Shown here: piece by piece, positions 11,851-25,319 of the stretch
How the letters are laid out: each line of letters begins with the position of its first letter
Numbering within the stretch: the first letter of the stretch is position 1
Assembly (NCBI GenBank): GCA_044892525.1
Contig: CM097885.1
Coordinates: 45,136,001-45,200,000 of the forward strand
From: Schmidtea polychroa
Taxonomy: Eukaryota
DNA: 64,000 nucleotides
Reading direction: 5' to 3'
Notes under the pieces: model-generated
What the model saw: only the letters and a program-made list of their open reading frames with translations
Databases searched by the model: none
What the model was told of the DNA's origin: nothing
Made by a program: the position numbers and the translations under genes

Positions 11851-12951
11851 ATTTGAAAATCTAAATTGCATTAGATAAAATATTTTTTCGATATTTTATA
11901 TATATATTAACGAATTATGTTTGGACGGGAAATTATCCAATAACAAACATTTTTGATGTTTACATATTAGAAAAATTTTATTTTTGCTATTTTTCATCTT
12001 TCCTTGACATATTCCAATTTTTACTATTTCCATGATTTTCTTATTTTTTTTAATATGAAAAATAAATAAATTTAATTATTGGTTTATATTTTAAAATCAA
12101 ATTCATTGTAAGAAAGACAATTAATTTTAAATAGTAAACGTAAAATCTTTATTTAATAATAATTATTATTATTAAAAACAATAAAACAACAAACACATTT
12201 CATATTTCATTGAAAATCTTATAATTTCTATCAAATGCTACGAAAACAATAATTACCTAATAATTATAACTTATTGAGTTGATTAAATAATTTCAAAAAA
12301 TTCGTTGCTGATTGATGTTAATTGTAAGGGATGTCTCACAAAAAATTTCTCCCACTTATTATTAAAATTTTCAAGCTTAATTTCTAACGCCTTTCAATTG
12401 GCTATGATCCTGAACCCGTGGAAACCTGTGGAAAGTCTCTCTAATATATATTGAATAGCACCTATTACATGAAAACTTATATGCTACCTGAAATTAAACC
12501 TATTGTGTTTAGAAATTTATTCCTAAACTTATTTAATGATTTTAAAGATTTTAACATTATTTTAAATATATTGGAATTCCCTAATGACTTCATGACAGAA
12601 AACTTAAAATATTATTACCTTCCGACTATTGAATAACTAATACATGAGATTTTACAGTTTCATCATCATTAAATGAACTATAACGTTCATTGCTTTCATC
12701 GGGTATAATCATTATTATTATTACTAATACTTTTTTTTACTAATACTTCATTTAATTAGTTCACATCATTCTTGATTTATTTCTTTATATTTAGATAAAG
12801 GTATCTCACAAAAAATAAAATTCAATCTGCTATAAAAAGAAAATGTTTGTACATCACCCGATGCTTGCATATGTGCAAAAAAGGGATATACAATCCTAAC
12901 AACTGAACAAATATGAAAACGAATATTAAATATGTCTAGATTTCTCTACAC

Positions 12952-14000
12952 CAGGGGTGGCGAACTTTTTTTAGATTGCGTGCCAATATTTTAAAATAAA
13001 AAAATAAAAACACGCTGGCGTGCCAAGTACATTTTTTAGCATTTTAATTGATTCTGTTACATACCATGTGTTCACATTAAATGTTTCAAGTCTAGTTTAG
13101 TCAAAAATAATAGTTATAACTACAATTTTAACAAAACTACAATTACTATAATAGTATAACTTTACTATAAGAATATATTTAACGTGATTTAGTGACTTAG
13201 TAAAATCAATGTGACTTTTGTTGTTGTATAGTGGATGATAGAAGTTTTATATCTTGAGAATATTTTGTATTCTTCAAAGTTACACAAGCTGCATTCAAGT
13301 CGTCAGTCAAACTGTTTCTGGTGTCTGATTTTATAAAGTTTATCGATGAAAACAATGATTTGCACGAGATGAGAAAATTGACAAAATCGCAATCGCTACT
13401 TTTTTCAGAGAGTTGAAAGTTTCAGGAAGACAATTCCTGACACTGAGCACCTCATTTTCAGCTGGTAGCTGCGGTTCTGATCCATTGCAGCGCTCACATT
13501 CAATTCTTTCTAATCGCACTCGTAAGTCAACAAACTTTTGTTTCCAAATTGAGCTGGACTGTAGCTCAACTAACTGCATTTCAAAAACATTGTTAAATCC
13601 AAATTTTCAAACTCGACTGTATCTGGATATATTATAAATTCTCTCTTTTACTGTATTTCGACTAATTGGCAGATCTTTTATTCGCTGAAAAATTTTGTCT
13701 TTATTTGGAAAATCTTCAAACAAATATGGCGCACATTCTAGCCAAGTTTCTTTGATGTAATCACCATCACTGAAAGGCTTGCCATGCTTAGCTATTATTT
13801 TGGAAACTTCAAAACTTGCAGACACTAAGTTAGATGTACTTTTAACAAACTTTACAAACGAACAGGATTGTAAATTTGCATATTTTAACTGGCGCAATAT
13901 ATATTCATTTTGTTCATCTTCGCTTTTGCTAAGAAGCCACTTGTGATTACTTTCATAGTGACGTTTAACTGAAGATCTTCGACAAACATCGTAAATTTTA
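12952..14000 (-). mobile_element. Deleted hAT (Charlie/SPIN/GTF2IRD2-like) transposon remnant
   Basis: Terminus CAGGGGTGGCGAAC at 12952. Minus-strand fragments ASFEVSKIIAKHGKPFSDGDYIKE...ISRNTVKERI and LPETFNSLKKVAIAILSIFSS (dimerisation region). Confidence 0.8.
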
Positions 14001-14943
14001 ATAACTTAATTTAAAAAAATAATATTTTGATAGAATTTCAGAACATGACAAAATTCAATTTTTGATGCCTTCGAAAATTGTAAAGGAATTTGGAAGTTTA
14101 CTGAGAATCACCAAAATTCGATTGGAACAATAATTTACAAATGCAAAAAAAAGTGGAGAAATTTCCAAAGGAAAGAGAGGTTGTAGCAAACAAATTATTT
14201 CAGCAGAACAGAGAAATTAATGTATTAAAAAATATGTTTGGCAATTACTGTCTTTAATAAATTTTAATTCAAAATGATCTAGCTTACATTATATCAAAAT
14301 AATTCCAAAAAAATTGTCATGCACAAGTTCTTATAAAAAGCTTAAAAGTAATTTAAAATAAATTATAATACAAATATTGACTAAAAGTAATATTTAAGAA
14401 CTTGAATAATGATCTCATAGTTAGATAAAATCAAAATTCAAGCCTTAAAATTTACTTAAAATACAAAATCTTACTCAAAGCCATTTCATCACAAATGGTG
14501 AATCAACTATAATTGGTTTACATACTAACTTGTATTATAGATGTTTTTTCCGTATAAACAGGTATAATTGTGCATTTTCCCTGCATGTGTCCATTCAGGG
14601 AATACTTTTTATGTGTTTATGTCTCTGTAGTTGTGTTGCGTATTTCTGATGAATTCTGAATAATAGGATGTAAAACTAGGTACTCTGCATGAAGTAGGAC
14701 AAGCATTTATTAGGTTTATTTAAGTTTAATATATTTCAGCAATTACTATATTATTATTTCCATAATAAGTTTTAATGTCTTAAAATTATGTTGATAATAA
14801 TTCTTTTAAAAATCGGTAAAAATATGTTCCATTCTTTTATATACTATCCTAATCAAACTTTTCCGATTCTCATTATCTTCTCATGTTGGCAATTTTTAGA
14901 TTCTAACCGAATTATCTAAAAATCATCATTTCAATAAGTTGAT

Positions 14944-15012
<69 letters not shown>
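14944..15012. repeat. (AAT)n microsatellite
   Basis: Directly visible; similar tracts at about 15860-15960, 33605-33635, 43290-43335 and 46470-46500. Confidence 0.95.
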
Positions 15013-15250
15013 GTAATAATAGTTGAAAAATTAAAATATATCTCAAAAATTAATAAATTCATTAAACAATGTAAAATTAAATTTTTTCTGCATTTACTTT
15101 TGATTTAAAATCATTTAATTAAAGAAATGTCATCAGGTGATATTTTAATTAATATTTCACGGTTAACTCAAGCCTCTTAAAGAAAATTGTTAAAATTTAC
15201 CTTTTGAAAAATATATCTTTCAAGTGTTAATTATATTACATTTATAGAAT

Positions 15251-15282
<32 letters not shown>

Positions 15283-15864
15283 GTGTGTGAGTATGTGTGT
15301 GTGTGTATTTATGAGCCACATATTTTTACAATATTTTAAATATTTTACATTACAAGATTCTAATAAATATCTATTTGAAAGGTTTTCTCCGCAATTCATA
15401 ATTAATGTTTGTGTGTGTGTGTGTCTCTTTAATTCGAAAGATGCCGAAATCTCATGATTTAAACCCGGCATAAATAATTATTTAAGTTTCTTTTAGATAT
15501 ATAAATTTCTGATGTTAGAAAATGTAAATGAAATTTTAAAGAAAATTAATTTTAGAAATTGTCACATAAATGGTTTTAATAGACCTTTGAATAATTGTAT
15601 TTGTCTGAGGAAAATTAAATTCAAAATTATTTAAATTTTTAGATGACAAATTTTAAGAGGAGATAAAATCCTTCAATTAAAAATAACTTATAAACACAAA
15701 ACTTGTAAACTTTTATAAAATAAATAATAATTTCACAAATCATTTGTCAATTTTTTTCATTAATTTATCCTGTCGGTAAGGAAGTTAATGTGAATATTGA
15801 CAAAAATAGTTATTAACAATTAGTTTTATTAATCATTTTAGTTTTGGAATACAGAAAATAATAA

Positions 15865-15939
<75 letters not shown>

Positions 15940-16218
15940 TAATTATAATAATAATAAAAATTATAATTATAATTATAATTAATAATAATAATTATAATAA
16001 GTATTATTATCGTTAATTTTCAGCCTCTTATCAAAACTGTCTGTCATTCCGATTTCCTCTCAAATATATTGTTACATATTGTTCCAATCCAGTGTTATGC
16101 GAGCATAAAATTATATTCGAAGAAAATAAACATAACTTATAAAACTTTAGAACATAGAAACATTGCATCCTAATTATTACAGTGAAAATAACTTATTACT
16201 AAATCACATACAATTTAA

Positions 16219-16482
16219 CACGTTCACGCAGACGCCGATTTTCGTGATGTGCATCATCTGGTGGTGCAGTTTATCCTATTGAACAAAAGTTATGTTTATA
16301 ATACGTTATTAATTATAATTGTAATTTGAAATAAATGTTTTTGATGAATATACTTTAAATTTTCTAATAATTCGTCTAATATAAGTATAATAACACAATC
16401 AAATACGTCCCACCGGTGTTACACACCGCCCGATGGGACAGGTTAGTGCGGGCCACTGGTGACCCGCGCCGGCGTGAACGTA
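16219..16482. mobile_element. piggyBac-type MITE (264 bp)
   Basis: TTAA on both sides (16215-16218, 16483-16486); TIRs CACGTTCACGC / GCGTGAACGTA. Confidence 0.8.
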
Positions 16483-17415
16483 TTAAACAAAATTCACATA
16501 CGTCGTCCGATAGTACTAAACAAACAAAAAGTGCATATCTTGGGTAATACTTTCAGAGTTTATATTTGTTAGAATGATTTTTCAGCGTCTTTATATACTA
16601 TTTGATGTTTTCCTTTCACGAATTTTCTGCCACTCCTAAGAAAATAGTGAGTATTCAATTGTGTGAATTTTCAGAATGACATTGTACACCTATTTTGTTA
16701 TTTATTTAATTCAGATAGAATTCATTAAATTTATTTATTGTATTGTGTTTCATCACTCTGTTGCATTGGGTGTTATGATGTATTATTTTAGTTTTTAATC
16801 AACTAAATAATTTATTTAATTAATTTCTTTTAATTTTAATTTCTTTAACCAATTTTTGTACAATTTAATGGAAATTTTTCCATGATTTTCATTTATTTAT
16901 TTTTTTTATCAATTTTTTCTATTCTATTTGTTAATTTTATCATAACTCTTTCGTATATAAATATGAGAAAGAATCTTTCCTTATATTTTTGATATTACTA
17001 TTTTATTTTTTTATTTATTATTCGTTTCTTTTTGAGTTGGCAGACTTTTTGAATGTTGATGCTTGCATCTCTTCTTACAGTTTAATTCATCTTGGTGATT
17101 TTGTATGCTTACGTTTTTTTTGGCCCGGTAAAACAAATTTTAAAATCACCATTTCTACTTAAACACCTTTTTTTATATGATCAAATGAGATCAATTTACA
17201 GTATTTCAGATATGGTAATAGTTACTTTTACCACATCCAGATTTTAAGATAGTTATACAACAAGAAATAAATTTCAAATAGAAGGCTTTTTAGTTTCTTC
17301 TTAGACCACATTCATAGTTTAAAGACACAGAATCGGAATATCGTATAGGGAGTGAAATTATTACTTTGAGACCTAATTTCACTGTCCAAAGGCATTATAT
17401 AACAATGGCTTATAT

Positions 17416-18145
17416 CAGTGCTCTTCAACCTTTCGCAGTCGTCGGAACCCTTCCAAAAACTTTCGCAGTCGTCGGAACCCTTCCAATAAAAATTTCCCCA
17501 TGTATATGTGGGCATGTATATATGTATTCAATTGGGGTTGTCGATGTGGTAATTTATAAAAAAATAATGCACTTTATAATATAAAATTATTTTATTTAAA
17601 TAATTAATGGCAAAAATATAAAGTTTAACATAAAAAAAATAGAAATTTGATATTAAATGGTACTCAATGACTAGGTTGAGCCTGTTTTTTGCTACAAATT
17701 ACATTGAAATCTGGTACAATTCTTGTAATTTGTAGCCTCATTTCATTTTCAGCATCTAATTTATTTCTGTATTTTGTTTTTGTGGCAATATATAGCGAGA
17801 AAGATCTTTCACACATATAAGTGGTCACAAATGGCATCAAAATTTTAATCATTATATATTGAAATTTAAAGAAAAAATCGAATTATTCTCAAATATTTTT
17901 GATAATTTATACTTTTCTTACATTTTTAGTAAATAAAAAAAATTTCAATGTCATTGTAGCATTTCATAAATTTTCAAGGCGTAAAATTTTACAACAGAAA
18001 ATTTTCAATGTATAAAATATAAATTATTATATGTTTATTTATATTGAAAACTTTTTTTATAAGAAATCATAAAATTTGTTCGCGGAACCCATAATTTTTT
18101 ATACGGAACCCAAGGGTTCCGCGGAACCCAGGTTGAAGAACACTG
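17416..18145 (-). mobile_element. Non-autonomous hAT (Buster/Charlie-like) element
   Basis: TIRs CAGTGCTCTTCAACCT / AGGTTGAAGAACACTG with 8-bp TSD GCTTATAT (17408-17415, 18146-18153). Residual dimerisation-domain ORF 17664-17852 (PFVTTYMCERSFS...KTKYRNKL). Confidence 0.92.
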
Positions 18146-19049
18146 GCTTATATTATCAGTCTGCCATCATTCAAATCCGAATAAAATAATTCATCGTTTA
18201 AATATAATAAATATTTTCAAATTATTTATTACATTTATATTATCAGTAAAATATTTCATTATTTGATCGAATATTTTCACATTCAATTTCTTGTGTTTTC
18301 ATTTTAGATTTTTATTTATTTAATGTGAATTTTCGGTGAAACTTTTCACAATCATTTATTTATTAAGCAAAATATATTGAGAAAATAAAAATGTTTATGA
18401 AATAATAATATAACTACACAAAATATTGCCGGTTTAAACAAAGATTAATATTGAAATCATACGTTGATTAGTTTGAAAATTTTTTGAAAGATTAAACAAA
18501 AATTAAAAACGGAGAAATGATTGATTATTTTCATTAAAACAATGATTTATTCAGGAAAAGGAATCTGATAAAATTTTTATTTAAATAGTTTTCATTAATA
18601 TGAAAATCTAAACGAATCTAATTCCAATAACCGAATCAATTTATCAGAATTCCTCAATGGAACCAAAATTTACAGACTTTTAGAATCAAAAATTGACATG
18701 TCATTAAATGATAAAGAAATTAATTTTTTAATTGGATTTTTATAAAATTTTGTTGTTTTCAATATTTGTTTAAAATATTTTCCCAATCTGGTCCGGTTTT
18801 CTAAGGATAGTTATAAATTTTTCAACGGTGCTTCGAACTAAAGTTTATTCATAATTGTTATGCTATTTTATAATGACATTAAGAGAAATGTCAAAATATA
18901 TAATTTTAATATTTTATTGATATGTTTATTATTTTATAAATGGAAAAAATGGGTGGACATCGAAAAACATCGAAAAAATTAAAATGAAAAAAAAAATTAA
19001 AATAAAAACAAATTAAGAAATTATCTTCAATTATATTGTGTTTCTCTCC

Positions 19050-20032
19050 GTTAATTCCTTCAATTAATTCCTTAACATATAGCATATATGAAGTTAAGCT
19101 TTTTTGCTATCCCAACAATCGTATGAATATCTAAAATAATATTTAGTAAGATGAAGTTCTAAGTTTTTGCACGGGGTAAACCCGCATCATATTTTCTTAT
19201 TATTTTCTTCATATATCCAAATATTCTTTCTATTTAATTAGTGTGAATTAAAATTTACTAAAAATCGAAAATCAATACCGGATGGGGAGACGGGTATGAT
19301 TGAACGCCAAATTGAAAGACAAATCCAGAATTTATAATGAAAATTTAATAGGGGGTTCAAAGGGAAAGTTATAACGACGAAAAAACAAATTAATTAAAGT
19401 TAATTAATCCGAAATGGAAAGTCCGAGACAATGGGAAACTCGATGCGCATTGAGACCCAACTAATTAGATAGGAACGCGAACTCACCCGAGCGCCAATCC
19501 GGAGCAAACAAATTAAAAGGATTTAACAACGCTCAAAATATTTACACAAGATTCCCGAAAGCAAATTAATTACAAAAAGCTTAAATTCTTTAGATAATTG
19601 CCCTCTCAGAAAAAGTATAAAAAAGAGCTCAAAAACAGACGAGTTTTTTTTTCACCAGTTGGTCGAAGAAACCAAAGAGAAATCGAGTGAATAAGTTAGT
19701 TAGAGATCAAAAGACAAAATCTAGTAATTGAAATCAAATTTTAACCCTCGTGCCAGAAAAGCTAATTGCCCCTTTGGTTTTCTACCTTCGCGAGCAATAT
19801 TTATTGGATAGAAAGATGCAAATCTAGTGACGAATCGTAATTTTGATTGAAGTTTAATAAAATTATTCTTTTTTGGATTTCGATTTATTCGTTTAAATAA
19901 GAACAAGAGGAGTAAAAGAAAGCCAACTTGCAAAATAATAACCCAACTATATATTTGTCTTGGATTTTTGTTAATTGGTACAAAGTAGAATATTTGAAAA
20001 TTCCAAACTATTATTAATAATAAAAACATACA
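19050..20032 (+). mobile_element. Probable old LTR relic distantly related to family A
   Basis: TTAATTAA followed by GAAAGTCCGAG/GGGAAACTCG motifs and an AAAACATACA end, resembling the LTR at 25320. TSD and left end not resolved. Confidence 0.4.
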
Positions 20033-22529
20033 TATTGCAACAAAACTTTAATTTATATTATTTTTCATTATTTTATTATTTTATTTTATTTTTCATTAAT
20101 TATTAAGATAAGTAGATAAGTAGAAATAAAACAACATAAAAAATTATTAAATATCACAAAATATTTTCATTGCTTGCGAAATGAGTTGCATTGCTTTCGA
20201 AATTCGATCCATCGTTAGCTTTTGCTCCTGAAACATTATCAGGTGTATCTATATTGTTGGATATTAATTGCAATTCGGTACTAGTTTCTGACTCATCGGT
20301 GTCCTTATCCAAATAAATCGATAATAACGATTTTATATCCACACGATTTTCAAATCTGACAATTTTCCATAATAATATCAATCTGCACAGTTACCAATTT
20401 CAATTTTTTATTCTCATACCCTGGGAGTCTTTCGATGGGAGATCTCCCTTCTGGTGCACTAAGAATACAATATTATGGGTTTGCACTGAGTTATCTTTGC
20501 CTTATTCTAACCTTCGAAATTTCTAATTTTTCTTCGACCAATTGAAAAGTCTTCTCTTATAATATTGCTCCAGTAATTGAACTTTCCCTTTCCGCTTCTC
20601 TTGAATTTAACAATTTAATTTACTAATTTGTCAATTTGAGGGTTTCGGAGTTTTCACCTAGCTCATTTCTATTAACTTTTAATTAATGTTGGGTTCCCTT
20701 TCATCTTGGGTATCTCTTTATTCATAAATTTCTTTAACTCTTATTAGATACTTTTGTTGACAACCCGAGTTTCCCCACGGCTCAGGCTCAATTAGGTCGA
20801 GTTTTTCATTAACTAATTAATTTTATTTTCTTTAAATGTTTTCTTCTAGGGACCGCTCATTTATTTAATTTTTTTATATTTGGATTTGTCTTATCATTCA
20901 GAATCCACTCATATTAGTTGATAAAGGTAGGATATAGTTATGAGCAATCAACAATACATCCATTTTATTTGCTGAACTATGCTTTCTAGGTGTAAAACTG
21001 TTTGCTATTACTTTTTAGTATATATAAAATTTTTGTACATAATTTTATAGTTTTGGGTATTTGACAAGAATTTTAAGAGGATAATATTTCAAAAGCAAGT
21101 TAAAACACGTGTTTTTATTTACCCACTCAAGTTTAGTCTGTTGAAATTTGTTTGCACAAACTTCTATGACGAAATTAACATTTCGAAAATTTACATCACA
21201 CAAATTTAATTTACAAAATGGGCAACAGCGATATTTATCAAAATAGTTTTTTCTTAGGGAGGGGTCACTCGGTGAAATGGTTGTGCTGTTGGTGATTCAG
21301 AATTGCTAATTATAAGTAATTGATAAGAATAAATATTTTAAGTATCCAAGAAATCAGATCCGACAAATAAAATATCTCTAATAGATAAAATTAGTCTTTG
21401 GCCTTTCAAATCGAAAGCCAGCTACGAGCCTTTTTAAAATGAAAGAAAATTGTCAAAGAATTTTTAAAATTTTTTAAATTCCATTTTTGTGAAATTTAAA
21501 TTTCAAAATAATATTTTTTTATCAGTAGGTTACTCACAAAATTTATGAATTTTATAAAAATTAATTTTGAAATACACCATTCTCATTTTTTTATTCCCAA
21601 CAATTGACAAATAAGAGAAATTTGACATTTATATTTGTGCATAAATTACAGTTCAAAACTAATTTTTTAAAAAATAAAAATTGAAATGTACATTAAATTA
21701 AAAAATAAATAAAGACAATTTATTGCCTTTTTATGACAATATTATTCAGCTTGAAAACATAAAATCGCATACAAATGAATTTAAATGAAATTTCCTTAAA
21801 TATGCTAAAAGTAAAATTATTCATTGGAATCAAAAGAAATTATCCATCTGTTAGTTTTTCATTTTTTTACTCAAAGTGAGACAGAATACCAAATTTATTT
21901 ATTCGAAATTTATTCAATTATTTAAATATTAGTATAATCATTTGTTTTTATCTGTTATTAACTTAAAAATTTCATTTAAAAATATTATTTTAATATATTT
22001 TAAACACCAAAAAATAAACGAAAATTTGTGTAAAAAGGAAAACCGTTGATCTATAGTTGAAATGTAAATGAAAATAAATAATGCTATTTCAATGACTTAC
22101 TTATTTTTTCAATGCTTATCAAATTAATATTTGAAATTTTATTTTATTTTAAATATAATTATATTTCATTTTTGAAATAGAAATTTTTAATTGGCTTTTA
22201 AAAGGGTCTATTTGAGTTAATAAAAAATAGTCATTTGTTTGAATGAATAATAAGGCAAACTAACGTGTTCATTTATGAATTGTAAACAGGCAAAAATTAA
22301 AATATTGTTTATAAAGTTGGCAAAATCCTACCAAATATTCGATTTGTTTTAATCAGTCGAATCGCCAATATTGGTAAAATAAAAAATTTTTGGCAATTAT
22401 TTTTTTTAAACTCATTTTTGGAGTAAATAAAAATTAATTTCTTTCAAATTTTGGATATTTACAGTCTCAAGCCCTCTAAGATTTATGTATGAAAGTTGAC
22501 TGTGAATTTTCTAATTATTAAACAGATTC

Positions 22530-24360
22530 TGTTGATGTCTCTAAACAAAAATTATATTAAATGAAAATAAAATGGAAATTGAATGTAACAAATAGAAAGA
22601 AAATTGTGATCAATCACATAAATGATGGCTGTTGTTGGTTTCCTATGTATATACGTGTTATTATTATTTTTATTATGTTATTATTAAGTGTTATTGTTGA
22701 TATGTATTAGGAGTTTGTAGAACCCGGTAGAGTCTCCAGTAAAAAGTGTGCCAGGACAACCGGGGTGTTTGTATGTAGCTTGATAGAAAAAATACAACAA
22801 CAATAAATAGTAATCACAGACTTTATCAACTAGAAGAAAAACACACTTTTCCAGGTTCGATCAACGAGTCACAGTTATAGAACTATATCTTTTGATTGAA
22901 TATACAATTAGTCTATGACTGCTTTCTGAGAAGGAGATGAGCTTTTCCTAAATGTCTTCCTAGTATTCCATAATAATAAGGGTACTTCGTTTTGTGGGAA
23001 AAGAGATATGAATTACGATCTCAATTAGTTATTCTTAAACCGGAGATGCTTTCAGTTGTCTACACAGACTTCAGTATGAAACTAGGTAATCTGAGATCGG
23101 TTAAGTTGTCATTAGATATGATTCGTTACCAGGATTAGGTTAGGGGAAAATATGTGGATCGTTTATAAGCTGGGAAAGTATTCGGACTAATGTCATAGTT
23201 AATCTTCAACAGTGCCTTTAAATCCAAACAGTATTAGGAAATGGAAGGATAGGTGAATTGCTTCTGATTCTATAGGATATTTTAATTAAACTCTTGATTA
23301 GATCTTGGGAGGCTTTTCAGATTACAGCTGTTAGATTTTGTAGTTTAATTTTATTTGTTTATTGATCTTTCGATTCTTTTATTTCTGTCATGACAATACT
23401 CTAGTTTCACTTAACTATTATAAGCATTATAATAATGATAATAATCACAAATACGTAAAAAGAACAAATCTAACATGCAGTAATGATAATAATAAAATCA
23501 ACAATAATAACAAAAATAACAGTATATTACAATGGCAAAGTAAATTATGATGGAAACAGAGTTAGGAAAGGGTACAGTTAGATTCGAAATGCAAAATGCG
23601 GAAATTTAAGGAAAAATTAATAGATTTTATTTATCGAAATTGAATTTGGAAAACGGGACAGGTATAGACTAGCTAATGTCGAAAAACATGGTGATTAGGA
23701 ATCGGTCAGAAAATGTATAGGAAGAGTCAAAAAGTATGGAAATGCGTAAAAATAGAAAATCGTAAATTAATTAATTAATTGGCTAATGGAAAATCCGAGC
23801 TTAGCAAATACGAAGGGGTAACAGAAAAGCGCAATCAATCACCATTGGCTCTCAGACGATATTCAAGAAAATCGCTTGTCAACGCGTTGCCAGACAGAGA
23901 AAATTTGGCCGAAGCCTAATTAATCAAAATGAGTATTCTGGTACATAAGGAAACTAAGAATTAAAAACAATCGGCCTTTCGCCTCAGCTAAAAAGAAGAA
24001 AACGAGATTAGGTTAAAAGTAGCATAGTTAGAAGGAATAAGATAAAAAGGATTAGTGAAGCGATCAAATAAATGACTACAGCAGAGATCTCTAAAGAGCT
24101 GAATAAAGAGAAAACGAAATTGTTAACGAAAAAGAGTTCAATCCAGAGGAAGCTTATATATAAGGTGATTATTTTTATACAACACACGAGGTCAAGACAT
24201 CACACGGCGAATAGGACGTTATATCATTGTTGTGGATTTAAAAAGATTGTAGTAATTTGAAACAAAATATATACATTTGAAGTGTTATTTGTTGAAAATT
24301 TATAGAGCAAGAAGAGTAAGAGACACCGACTCGTAGTATTAAGTTTAATAAAACCCAAGA
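22530..24360 (+). mobile_element. Older family-A solo LTR (about 924 bp) interrupted by a family-B solo LTR
   Basis: Starts TGTTGATG and ends AAAACCCAAGA, with 4-bp TSD ATTC (22526-22529, 24361-24364). Clearly homologous to the LTR at 25320, e.g. AAAGGGTACA...TTATCGAAATTGAA...TTAATTAATTGGCTAATGG. Confidence 0.8.
22630..23531. mobile_element. Family-B solo LTR nested in the family-A solo LTR
   Basis: TG...ATTACA ends with 5-bp TSD ATGGC (22625-22629, 23532-23536); conserved hairpin at 22723-22764. Confidence 0.8.
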
Positions 24361-24602
24361 ATTCTACTATGAATTTAGCCATAATCGTCATCTTTGTAAC
24401 AACATTGATAGTACTCTACATTCCTAATTTTCCCAACATATTTTTCATTTGGTCGATTGATTTCATCTAGCAATTTCTTGACAGAATTTAATTCTTTACA
24501 AAATGATATCAACAAAAATGTTAAATGTCAAGATTTACACATATTTTGTTGTATAATTTACAATTTTACAATGATAGAATAGTTTTAATGAGTTTTAATT
24601 TA

Positions 24603-24825
24603 CCGTATATACTCGCGTATAAGTCGAGTAAATTTTTTAAGGTTTCTAAGTTCTAAATTGGAAACAAAAAAAAGCGTATAAGTCGAAGTAACAAAAATAA
24701 GAAAAGGTTTAATGATTTCATTAAAAATTAATTTGTAGGTTTTTTGACTCGCGTCTAAGTCGAAGTGGCTATTTTGACTTGAAAATTTGACGTAAATTTC
24801 TCGACTTATACGGGAGTATATACGG
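24603..24825. mobile_element. pogo-type MITE (223 bp), same family as 1174-1925
   Basis: TA on both sides; TIRs CCGTATATACTCGCGTATAAGTCGAG / CTCGACTTATACGGGAGTATATACGG. Confidence 0.9.
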
Positions 24826-24951
24826 TATATGATTTTTTTATTACATCGTTAATTTTTCTGCAGTTGCCAGTGTACTGATATAATTTATTTCTCTTTTAAA
24901 CTTCAATATTCAAAGCTTTAGTTGATCCATTTTATTGAGTAAATTGATATA

Positions 24952-25319
24952 ATATAAACATTACAAGCTTTGTGATACCCAGTGCAAATTCCAATAGTAG
25001 ACTAGTTTCGAGCTTTTGGCTCTCATCTGTATTATGCTGGAGAAGTGAAGATTTTTCTTCGCGCCAGGTAAATATACAATATTGCTGATTCAACTCTATT
25101 GCATACATTCCCTGGTACACTGGAAATCATATCACCTGCAAATTAGACGTGATTTCCAGTGTACTAGGGAATGTACTAGGGTTCAGCAATATTGTATTCA
25201 TACCTGGCGCGGAGAGAAATTTTCACGTCTCCTGCATAGTACTAATGAGAGCCAAAAGCTAGAATCTAGTCTACTATTGGGATTTGCACTGGCTATCACA
25301 AAGCTTGTAATGTTTATAT
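24952..25319. repeat. Long imperfect palindrome (foldback/MITE-like)
   Basis: Arm 24952-25088 is the near reverse complement of 25183-25319. The spacer has a further inverted pair (GTACACTGGAAATCA / TGATTTCCAGTGTAC). Confidence 0.85.

Noticed and set aside
14400-14750. Faint LINE RT-like remnant (IIPVY) on the minus strand
   Set aside because: Too degenerate to call.
21260-21310. Possible tRNA-derived SINE head with an A-box-like motif
   Set aside because: No convincing B box or cloverleaf.
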